Assembly: GCA_047495785.1 (NCBI GenBank)
Contig: JBLDXI010000001.1
Span: 5,022,001 to 5,086,000, forward strand
DNA from: Lepidodermella squamata
Lineage: Eukaryota > Animalia > Gastrotricha
Length of the DNA: 64,000 nucleotides
Direction of reading: 5' to 3'
Shown: positions 1-11,224 of the stretch, piece by piece
Position numbering within the stretch: position 1 is the stretch's first letter
Layout of the letters: every line of letters begins with the position of its first letter
Notes under the pieces: model-generated
The model's input: the letters and a program-made list of their open reading frames with translations, nothing else
What the model was told of the DNA's origin: nothing
Database searches by the model: none
Translations under genes and position numbers: made by a program

Positions 1-1303
1 AATGCATTGACTGCTTGGGTGTATGGCGGCGGCGCAGCTGATGTAGCCTGATGTTCTTGGGTAACTGGATGTGGCTGCCGACTAGACTCGGGAGTTGTAT
101 TTGGGGGATTCAACGGATAAGGTAACTGCTGCGATTGATTGTTCACAGTTGTCGCTGAACCTGAAGAATGAATGTAAGGTGGCGGCGCCTGGTTCGCGCC
201 CGTTTCAGGTGGTTTATTGTCTGGAAAAGGAATCCAACGTAAATCTAACGTTGAGAAATAATTGAAAAAATGAACTCACATGACGCATTATATTGTGAAT
301 AAGGGTTATTGAAGACATTGTTGTGAATTTCATTCGGATAGCCTGGGAAATAAGGCTGCATCATGGGCTGCGTTTGTCCCGCTGGATTTATCACTACTTG
401 ATCTTGCGGAATCGAATAAACGACAGCTGCTGGTCGTGCCGGCGGTGGTAAGCAACATGGACAACATAAACAAGCCTGCCAACAACAAATTCGAATCAAA
501 ATTCCGACTACGACAGCCACAGCGACTAGTACAACAAATGCAGCATATGACAGGGTATTATTGGTTTCCGTATTCGGCCGATTTTGCACAGGAATGACGG
601 AAAGGGTGAAATTAAATCGGCTTGAAGCCCCTTGACAAGAGTTGATTGAAAATGACAGGGTATTGCCAGTTGAATATAAGTCTTGTGAGCAATCGTTTGT
701 TTTTCCGTTCAAATTTGGAATAGCGAGAAGGGGTGATACCGGTGAGGTGCTGGAAACCATAGAGGATGCTGAATTGCCACTAGAGGACGCGTAGTAATTC
801 CCGTTCCAAACTTGCAAAGAGCAGCCAGGTGGCCAAGAGTTGCAACTCCGGTCGCTGAACTTCACATTCAAATAGTAACCTGAATTAGTATTCAGCGTGA
901 AAGTACATGATGCACTCAGGGAACTCTGGAGAGGAACTCCGTTTTGATCCGCATAGGGTGTGGATCCCACGAAAGACACTGGAACACTGCCATAAATCAA
1001 GTATCTCTCATCGCCCTTGATTGTGTAGGCCGGAACATTTTGGCAGTGATACATAAAGTTTCCATAAACTATATGTCATTTTCAAAAAGACTAATTCAGT
1101 CTGCTAATTGAGAAATAATACTTACTTATCTGATCTATTTTCGCTGGTTTATTTGCAGCGGCCGGGGCAAAGTACACGGCATTATTGAAGTAACTTATCG
1201 GGTAGTTGTTGCTCGTAACGATTACTACGGCCGAAGTAACTGTACTTAGGAATGTCTGCAACGTGATCAAGACTCCATTGATGATAGTGTAAGTTAATTT
1301 CAT
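1..1303 (-). CDS. Type I membrane protein with CUB-like ectodomain, Cys-rich juxtamembrane segment and PPxY-motif tail (3' end off window)
   Basis: Exons 1303-1126, 1068-280 and 220-<1 join in frame via GT-AG. Hydrophobic N-terminus, CUB-like spacing (CTFTL...LQVWNG...STGNTLSFS...FNFT), TM segment LSYAAFVVLVAVAVVVGILI, CCWQACLCCPCC, two APPPY motifs in the last exon. Confidence 0.7.
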
Positions 1304-2018
1304 GCTCAGCAAATCTATGGAAAATTACAAAAAAATTTATTTCTGTATTGCGTTCCATGAAAATTAAACGTCGAAAACGTATATTGGGCATTAGATTTGA
1401 AGGTTTTATACCGCCGTGTCGTCTGAATAAGGCACACTTTTTTGTATTAAACTGCGTGAGCACTGGCGCTATTTTCTATCGCCGCACCTTCGCCGCTCTA
1501 CAGTGCGACCGCTTTTTCCTTCATACCTATGCGAAAATGCTACGCCGTGGAAAAACGAAAGTAATAGACGCACCTTTCTTACGTGACATCCTTTCTGAAA
1601 TGCAACTACTAGATGTTGTTGTATTATGCATGAGTGCAACGTAGCAACATTCGTTTCTTCCTCTCGCACTTTCATACAAAGATACCTAGCGATAAATATG
1701 CATGGTTCTATTCCTTCGTTTGAACGGTCAGCTTCTGCGAGAATCGGCTGCGATAAAGAATGCTCGCAAACTATAATTTGAAGCTCATGACAAGGGAAAC
1801 ACCGCGAAATGGGGTGAATTTGGCATGGTCACGAGACCGATTTAAAGGGTATAGTACAAATCCCTAAAATCGGCTTTAAGCTGAACTACAACATTGAGAA
1901 AGTTTGAAATTGATGCTACAATTTACTGGAAAATCATTTTATTACTGCGATTGAAATTCGAAAGTTAAAATGTACACACATAAATATTGGAATGCTTATA
2001 ACCTCTCATTTAGCTATA

Positions 2019-3926
2019 TTAACTTGCAAGTTCTTTGCCGTAGTATGTTTTCTTTTTCGCAAAAAATCTCTTGGTTTCCTCAGACGTCGACAAGCCGTGG
2101 GAATCTTCAAATTGTGAACCAGATATTGGCAAGTTTGATTCCGTCAGTTCGCCGTAGGCTTCATCTCCTAGCAAAGCTTCGTCATCGCCGAGCTTCTCTG
2201 TGGCATCACGTCCCGCCATTTTTTCGCGAATCTTCGGAATGCAGCGTTTGCTACAGATGAGGAAAAGCTCGACTGCTACGAGTGGAACTTGTGCAAAGAT
2301 TAGCACCGAGTACGGGCCGACTTTTGACAGTGTCGAAATGATCTTGTCTTTTATAGACAAAGTCAAAATAGTCAGAGCCAGCGGCGTGTTCTGTATCGAT
2401 GTTTCCATCATGATTGTTATCACGACTGGTAGCGGTTGGCGAGCTGCAAGAGCAATTAGTCCGGATAGGATGAAACCAAAATAAGGCAGAAGGCAGCCGC
2501 ATAGCACAACTGCTGGTGTGAACAGCTGAAACATCCACTGATAGGTATACAAGCCATACCTGAAAACAACTATTGAGGTGAATGCTTGATATAAAAGCAA
2601 TGGCAACTCACGTGCAGTAGTAAAGGAAGAGCACTACAACGATTGGGAAGGAAACATATTGGCGGAGAAAGTAAGCCAGTTTTGGAAAGAAAAATCGCAC
2701 AGTGAAGCCGCCAATAGCAGGGATTAGCAGCTCTGCCATCGTGATAGCAATATCCGCGAATGGCACAGTAAGTTGGACACCCGTTGGTGAACCTTGAACT
2801 AGCAAAGGCTCAAATATCGCAATCCACATTGGCGTGAAACCTAGCGAAAGGATCTGCGAGAAGTAAGTCAGCATTGTCGATAGCGCGTAATCGCCCCCGA
2901 GAACCCGTGTATGCAAATTTGACAAACCATGTCCGGAAACAATGCCCGTAAAGAAGTAACCCAATGCAAGTTCGGGCGAGCCCAAATCAATGATACGAGC
3001 TAGGCCAAACGCAAGAATTGGCATCAGAATGAAGTGGCACGACATGCCGATAACGATAGGAATCGGCGATTTTGCAACAGCTCGCACGTCGCTCCATTTC
3101 GTGCGGAAACCAATATCGAGCTGCGTTAATACCGTCCACACGAGTGTAATGGTATTATAAACGTCGTCAGCAACCGATGGTTGGAAGATAGCGATTGCGA
3201 CGAAGCGACATGTCGCAAGCTTGCCTTGGCAATCTTGATATAGAACAGTCGAGTTGTCGGGATTGTTGCGGTCGCGAATTTGAATAGCAATGGCCGAATA
3301 ACCGATGACACGTCCTGTTACGGTAATGTTGACCAGGCGGGGAACTGGCCGAGATGACATATTGGCCCACTTTGCATCAGGCATGTCAGTCATATAAACA
3401 TCCGTGGCCTTGAAGAAAAATGATAAAAGTTGCATTCTTTATTGCCCGACCTCAACTATTCCCCTAAGTCTTAAATCTCGAATATTCCTATAGACTGGAT
3501 GATTTCTTGACTAGAGAAATATGTTCATCTTACCTTATCGTTGTAGGAAGAGAAAGAAACTATGGCGTAAGGGCACGCCAGTGTTGAATTGAGCATGAAA
3601 GTGAGCTGGAAAGACTCTCCAGCGACCACGCGAACAGGATACGGATACGGCACCAGCCTGCTCAGCGTAGAGTTGTAGACAAGGGGTATCAGCGATCGGT
3701 AACATACAGCTGGGTCGTACGCTGGATCAGCTGCTAACGAATTCGGCTCAATTGTATTTTCGTCCGATTCTGTTGAATCCAACATTTGCGATACTTCATT
3801 TTCACTTGGGAGGTCGTTGTACGCAGGCCATGATGAGAAGTCAAACTCAGCTTGGCCATCAGCGGTATGAGCTATTGAAAAGCCGATCGCCGCGGTAATA
3901 AGTAGCTGCAGAAAAAACAAGCGCAT
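2019..3926 (-). CDS. SLC10-family sodium/bile-acid cotransporter with long N-terminal ectodomain
   Basis: Exons 3926-3534, 3408-2612, 2559-2019 in frame. SBF-like motifs GMSCHFILMPILAF, GHGLSN, GGDYALS and ETSIQN. Signal peptide. Confidence 0.85.
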
Positions 3927-4804
3927 TGCCAAGTATTTATTACAATTGGGCGGAAAACGCGGATGAATGCTAAGCTAGGCTAAGCTAACAATAAGGAGGC
4001 GCCCCTCATTGATAAGAAATTACGTTGGCCAACGGCTATCTTATCTGTAAAATGATGGGCTGCCGTGTAAACCTTTTATCTGTAGCACGTTTTTTCTGCA
4101 CTGAACAACACGGAATGCATGTGACTAATTGATTACCGGAAATACCGAATCATCTGTCTTTTATTATTTCAAACAACTGAAGATCTCTGACCCCAATTTC
4201 AGATTGTTCGATTCAATGAATCATCTCATTGCTGACTAAGGTTTCCTTTCCTTCTTACGGGTCAACTTCGTTTGCAGCGTGAAGCGAATCTCGGCACACA
4301 ACTTGAAGCAGCATCTAAAGTGGACTCCAACTACGAAAAAAATTCAATTTTCAACACACCATTTTATTATTGAGAATATAACTTAACAATAATGATCATG
4401 GCCAATGTAAATAGGGCCTATTCACTCAATGAGTCGATAAAATAACTCGTAAGTAATGAAATGAAAACATTTCTCCAGAGACACGAACATAATATTATTA
4501 TGCGCTTTCAATAAAATGATTGTAGGCAGTTGAATTCAGAGGCAGATTACGTTTCAAAAAACGAGGAAACAAATTTGAGGTATAACAAAACACTACTCTG
4601 AAGCAGAAGAAGGAATGACCCTAAGAGAACAGGACCAATTGATTGAAATTAAGGCTCTTTACGAGATTGAAAGTAAAACAACAAGGCGAACAAATAAACA
4701 GATCGATCTCACTCGGCAATTCAACACATACATCAAAATATTACCGGATTAAACATCATGTTCCACAACTAAAAATTTGCCAACGGAAGAGCTGGTTGAT
4801 TTTA

Positions 4805-6548
4805 TCATTTTGCAACTGGTTTCGAGCTAGCCGACTTGTTTTCAGCATTATTATTCGACTTGCCATAGCTTTTCAGATACTCGACCACGTCCTTGCGTTG
4901 GAACCGTTCAGCATCATCCAAGGGCGAAAATCCCCAGCGATCACGTGGCGTCGGGTTAACGTGACACTTTTCCAGCAGAAATTTAACAACTTCGACGTGG
5001 CCTTCAGCCGCGCCCAAATGCAAAGCAGTTCTGCCGTCGTAATCCGACATGGACACGTCCAAACCCTGAAGGTAGAACCGTCGCAAGGCGGACACATCGC
5101 CATTCGCAGCGCTAAATAACAAAGCCACGACTTGGTTCGACTGCGATTGCAACTCACGCCGGCGTGGGTCGTATTTTTGCGAGCCAGAGTACCTCACGTT
5201 GTCATAGTTGTGAAAGTTGAAAACTCGGACTAGGTCCTCGCAGAACTGGATGCCACGACACGAGTTGCCCAAGGCGTCCAAAGGCGGGGACCAGGTGCAG
5301 ATGCCCATAACATTAGGCACGACTAACATAACGCAACCGGAGACGCCAGATTTAGCCGGTAGACCAACTTTGAAGGCGAACTGGCCTGAGTAATCGTACA
5401 TTCCGCAAGAATGCATCAACGACAACGTGTTTCGCACAGCCTCACCCGCTAAAACCCGCTCTCCTGTCAACGGGCAGATACCTCCATTGGACAAAGTAGC
5501 CGCAATAACCGAACAAGAATCTGCAGTCACGTCAACCGAACAAAATTGAAAGTAAAGGTCTAGCGTGTCAGACAATTTGGCACTTGGCGGAAACACCTTA
5601 TTCTCCTGCATGTAATAGCCTAGCGCGAAATTACGGTCTGCAGTCTCTCGCTCGGACAAAAACGTCGCGTTGCTAAAGCCGACATACTCACCGCCAGCCA
5701 GTCGGCGGTATTCGTTGAAAACATAGTCGAAACGGTCGGACATCGACCAGGTTGTTTTCAACAGCGAGCATACTGCAATAGCGCCAGCGTTAATCATCGG
5801 GTTGTGAGGTTTCTTGTGGTAGTCGAGGCTGAGTTCATTGAAGGATCGCCCACTCGGCTCTTGACCAACGTGAGAATGAACTTGTTCTGGTGTAAGATCG
5901 TTCAGAGCAATTGCGTAGTTTAACGGCTTTGAGGCGGATTGAAGGCAGAATGGCACTTTTGTGTCACCAATCGAATACCGTTGACCATCAACAGTACATA
6001 TAGAGATTGCCCAATAGTTCGGGTCAAATCTCGCCAGCTGCGGGATGTAGTTCGCGACTTTCCCAGAAGTATTCGATTTACAAGCTTCGTACATTTTGTC
6101 GATAACACGACAGAACTTCTGAAATTCGGGAATGACGAATTCACTCTCAAGGGCTTGGCAGATGAGTTCACAATTCTCTTGAATGCAGTCGATAAACTGC
6201 TCGCGATTGAGATGTACACCCTCGCTGAGTAACATTTCGTCGTTCTCTTCAGCATTGATGCTTGACTGCGAGTATCCTGTCAGTTTCTTAAAGAACTGCT
6301 TCAATCGAGGATCTGTTCGGCGAAGACCCGTGTGGATAAGAGTTTGAATGAATCGATTCATGGAAACAAGATGTGTTTTCTCATCTTTCATCAGCTCATA
6401 CAACAGCTCCAGCTTGCGAGAATCTGTTGCCGAGTTCAGCTCCACAGCACTGGAAAGCAAATCGAAAAATTAGACACAAGGCAAACAATTACTTAAGCCA
6501 TACTAACACTCTGGCAATGACTTTCGATATATCGCTGGAATCTGCCAT
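4805..6548 (-). CDS. GLS: Glutaminase (kidney/liver type, C-terminal ankyrin repeats), paralog 1, near intronless
   Basis: One exon 6449-4805 contains GKVANYIPQLA, catalytic [28 protein letters not shown] and ankyrin DYDGRTALH. The short first exon 6548-6508 (MADSSD...) is tentative. Confidence 0.93.
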
Positions 6549-7335
6549 CTCCCAACAAAGATAATATTGAAATTAGAATTCTACTACCAAAAGAAACACA
6601 CCGTTGTTTTTGGCATAATTATACAATGAAACAGACGCAGAGATCAAATACTTATGTTCGGTCTAATAGTCTTTTTCAGAGGCGCTGCGATGCGGGAGCA
6701 GCTCTCTATTCGTTAAGCAATCAGACACGGCTGCACTAGGGTCGAGTGACTGATAACATCGTAAAGCTATTAATCAGGAGCAAATGAGCAGAAGAGCGGC
6801 AAACAAATGGAATTTGAGATAACCTTAAAGGTTCTATTTGAATCGCGAAGGCAGGAGGCAGACAGCCGCTGCTTTTTCAATGAATCTAAGATCCCAGAAA
6901 AAATAACAAACTTGACAGTCCAGCAATGAGCAATGTACAATGAGTTCATGAGCATAATGCAAAGCCTAAACAAGCCAAGAAAACATATACACAGGCAACA
7001 TGCAAATGATGTAGAAGCCTTGCATTTACCAGAGGTGCCATACAAGACACTCTTAATGGATAGCATGAAACGAATAACGAAAAACCAATTTAGAGACACC
7101 CAATGGATGCTTTGCTTGGCAGCCTAAAACCGCCCTCTACAGCTGATCGCCAGAATCAGTCAGTATAAAGTATTGAAAAATTACCGATATCCATCTAAAA
7201 TATGATTTTAATAAATATGAATAGCAGTATATCAGTTTACTTGCCGTATTATTTTTTCGCCTTGACGCATTCGATTGTTAATTCAATGAATCTGGTCATC
7301 GTCATGGCAACCTTTCTGGCGCAACCTTCATTGTC

Positions 7336-7429
7336 TTACGCGCACTTGCTTCGCAGTGCGACGTAATGGGCAGGTCCCAATTATTTTTCCTCCTGGAAAT
7401 GGGATCCTGAACTGGCGATCATTTGAACA
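7336..7429 (-). repeat. Inverted copy of the 9179-9276 element end
   Basis: ttacgcgcacttgcttcgcagtgcgacgtaatgggcaggtccc...gatcatttgaaca is nearly the reverse complement of 9179-9276. Confidence 0.8.
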
Positions 7430-8194
7430 TATCATTTCGTCCGAACCTGGACCAAGCGCATAGATTTTACATTTCGAAACGAAATCAAGAATCCTCCTAA
7501 GCAGTCTTCTTCCTAAGGTCTGTCGTAAGGTCTGGGACTCAAAGTCTCTGGGAACGACTTTGATAGGATATTACTTTCAAAAATTTGGTGGTAAATGGCT
7601 CAACGTTACGAATAACAGAATATGTCAAAATGTGACCAAATTTTAGTAAGTTCATGGTAGAATTGAGGCTGATAAATGTTTCATCATTGTAATGCATTGG
7701 ACAAGTTCGCATGTGTTTCGTAATAATTGTATATTGTATTGGCAATCCCCCAATTGCCGATAGAGATGTCTCAATGAGCAATCCGAAAGTTGCTTTTTGC
7801 CTATTGTTTTCATCAGCCTTCAGGTTATTGAATTATAATGTATCACATCATATTAAAGAGCCCGAAGAGCCCTATCAATTGGTCTGCAAATTGATTAATA
7901 AAGAGTTTAAATGGACCTAGAAGGCCAGAAGACTGTTACAGTGAAAATATGCTAGCTTTTTAATAACTCATAGAACACGCAGTTACGGAACAAGTTATTA
8001 GGGAAAATGGGCTCTGCTAGAAGGGCTATTCTGCAATCTTGCTTGGTTTCCAAATTAAAAAAAAACTGTTTAAAATAGCTGAAAATGACGTTGGGAACAA
8101 TTCGGATTGCTCATTGGGATATCTCAATCGGCTATTGGGAGAAATTGCGTTATACGATACGACAAATATACAGAACTCTCAAAAAGTAATGTTT

Positions 8195-8380
8195 CAACAA
8201 TGTTTCTATTTTATTGATCGATTTTCTGTCGGCTAACATTCGAATTCTTCAGTTAGAAAGGCAACAGGTGACACTATATTATTTTCTATAGCGAGTTGCA
8301 AGGTGTAAGACGTAAATGGTTGCGGTATAATTATTGTTTACCTAATGTTACTATCATCGGCAGCGAATAAAAACGTTGTG
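8195..8380 (+). repeat. Diverged dispersed repeat, second copy about 9320-9490
   Basis: Shared blocks in the same order: gattttctg, aaggcaaca, atggttgcgg.ataatt, aatgtt, ggcagcgaa. Confidence 0.6.
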
Positions 8381-9130
8381 GTGACAGATTATCTTTGTAT
8401 AATTTAACAGTGTGGTTGATTCTGTTAGAAAGTCAAGCAATGTTTTACTGCTCAGATGGCACAATCACTATTTTATCGGGAATTCTCTGCAAGACCAACT
8501 TTAACTTCAAGCTATACGCAATCTGTTGACTGGAGGCTTGTATCAAAAAATCAATGCTAATATAACGCGAAGATTAAGGAAATTTTGTTATTTTCATTCT
8601 TCATGCAGATTCGTTCAAACGAGTCGGTAAGAAGCATTGCAATATGTACATGGGATTTACATTGGTGTATGAAGGGAATGAAAGGGGTAGTCAGTCTATC
8701 TTAAATTATGTCTATGCGGGAATAGCGGAGCTATACGAGCGCGGTTATCATGCCCTTTCAAATGACTTACTGCCCATGTAAACGTTTGTATATCGTCGCA
8801 TATTATTTTAAAACAAAATGAAGAGCAAAAAATAGTAAAGGCACGATATGGGATATGGCCATCGTTTATATCGACGGTTGGTAAGGAATTTTGCGTTATT
8901 CTGAGGTATCTCGACTCGGCTGTGGCTAAGCCGATTTTCTTCAACTCTTGAAAAACTATCATTATTACTTTTGTTAGGAAAAAAGGGGATATAAAAGATG
9001 GAAACGATCATACGATAAACGATAAACGACTATGAAGATTATAGGCGACACTGCTAATGCGAGGGGGAAAGTGGATGGTAAAAATGACAGAAAATAAGAC
9101 TGATAAATCTTCATCATATGGAGAAGCTTT

Positions 9131-9276
9131 GGGACTGTTTACATATGCGAGCGAAAGCGAGCATGTAAACAGTCCCACTGTTCAAATGATCACCAGTTCA
9201 GGATCCCAGCAGATACCAGAAGGGAAAATAATTGGGACCTGCCCATTACGTCGCACTGCGAAGCAAGTGCGCGTAA
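9131..9276 (+). mobile_element. Small non-autonomous element, Helentron/HINE-like architecture
   Basis: 5' palindrome gggactgtttacat...atgtaaacagtccc (9131-9176). 3' gggacc sub-terminal motif followed by stem-loop ttacgtcgcact-gcgaagc-aagtgcgcgtaa. Related pieces at 7336-7429 and 10042-10054. Confidence 0.4.
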
Positions 9277-10351
9277 AGCAAATGTGTTTTTCTTAAACAT
9301 GACTATAAACCATCAACAACCAATGTTTCAATCAATGTACCAATGTTAATCGATTTTCTGCTAATATTTGAACTCTCCAATTGGAAGGCAACATCTGACT
9401 GATTTTTCCAGCGAGGTGTCAGGCTTATGGTTGCGGAATAATTCTGATCACCCAATGTTGCGGTCATTGGCAGCGAAGAATAACGTCTGACTAAAATTGT
9501 CCATCAATCAATCCTACACACTTCTTACTTACGCACTTCCATTTGCCACACGATCATTACGACCATTCTGCGTGTGCGTCTGATGGTCTGCTAATTATCG
9601 CGCAAGTGCGCGCACTACACCGATACCGATATTTTGGCGCACTTCCGAAATTAGGCAGATATTTGTACGCAGCTGGGTTGCTCCGCAAAGCAAAATAGTA
9701 TCAACTTATTAATGTAACTGTTCCATTTCTGAATGCAATACCATGCTAGTTTTTCGATATTCACTAATCCTGAATCGTCAACTGAATCCTGACAAATTTT
9801 CACGCATTAATTCGACAGGTCGGTATCGCCTGACGGGAAACCCGAAGTCACGCGCCAAAAAATCGAAAATAAAATTGTCAAGGTCACTTTAAATTTTTAT
9901 TCAATTTTTATATTACTCAACTAACGTTTAACAAATTTTGAAGAATGTAAATGAAACGAACGGCATTTGCCGCGGGCGTCAAGGACAAACAGAGAAAAAC
10001 GGGGAGGGGGTCTGCCGACTAACAGCAGTCCCCGGTAACCCGGGACCTGCCCATTCCCAATGACACAGGAATATGTTGCTTTTTTGTGGGTATCTTATTT
10101 GAACACCGCTCATCCCTACAAGGTCCAAGGTTATAAATTTTCAGCATTTTTTGCATCGACTATATCGTCTTGTCGGGGGAAAGATTTCGCGTATGTAACC
10201 AGTCTCCAGCTTACTCGCGGGTTAGACGCAGGGCAAGTTAATCTGGCAAGATTCGCTGCATCGAACTTGATCCCTCTGACTTCTGAGTTTGTATTTAAAC
10301 CAAATGCTCTGATGGCTGATGAGGAATGCCTTGGCCATACTTACCCGCGCC

Positions 10352-10409
10352 CATAGAGAAATATGACCATTGGTCATTTTGGTCACAATTTGGTCATTTT
10401 TTCTCTATG
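10352..10409. mobile_element. 58-bp hAT-like mini-MITE
   Basis: TIRs catagagaaatatgacca / tggtcattttttctctatg. Exact 8-bp flanking duplication CCCGCGCC at 10344-10351 and 10410-10417. Confidence 0.75.
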
Positions 10410-11224
10410 CCCGCGCCATACGACAATATCAAGGACAACAACAAGCGCGTTAATGCTTGAATTTAAATGATAGCAAATTCAACTTCATCACCAACTTTAT
10501 CACCAGATGAAAATGCACAGAATACCATCATCACCACATTGAAATGACTAGTAATCTTATCTTCAGATGGACCAAGAGGCGAGAACTAATCAGAGTTGGA
10601 ATTCGGATAACAAAATCCTAATAAGCGGCAAGGAAAATGTGTGGAAAACTTACATTCGTTGCAGCATTTCCAATCCCTTGACAGCGGAGTCTTTTATACC
10701 ATGATCAGCTGACAACGATAGTCGAATTTTTGCAGCATTCGACAAATTGCTGTTAACTTTCTCCACATCAATTAGCATTGTTTGAATGAATGAAACAAAA
10801 TTTGCGTCGACGAGAGGTAATATCTACGAGTCCAGCGCCGAGTTTACTTTGAACTTGACAAGGCTAACAAACAGTGCACTTGATTAGAGAAGCTGCTTTC
10901 ATCTGGAATATTCTCAATTACGAAATGCGCATACATGCGTCATCGCTCATGGCCCGCGGTAAACAACGCACGAATTTCAAAAAGTTGCGCAATAAAGCCC
11001 CGATGTGATAATGAGTTTTATTATGAAGCTAGAGAATGAACAGATTAACGAAGGGAACCATAGGTTAATGTTAATGGGATGAATGGCTTAGCTTGCAGAA
11101 GATGACGCTTGCTACGCTTTTTCTCGGGGCTAAGTATCCACGAAATATGAGTGCTGAGTATGGGGACGTGCATTTTTCAATTCTGGCATAATTCATCATT
11201 TTGTAAACAAAGCTGATTAAGAGT

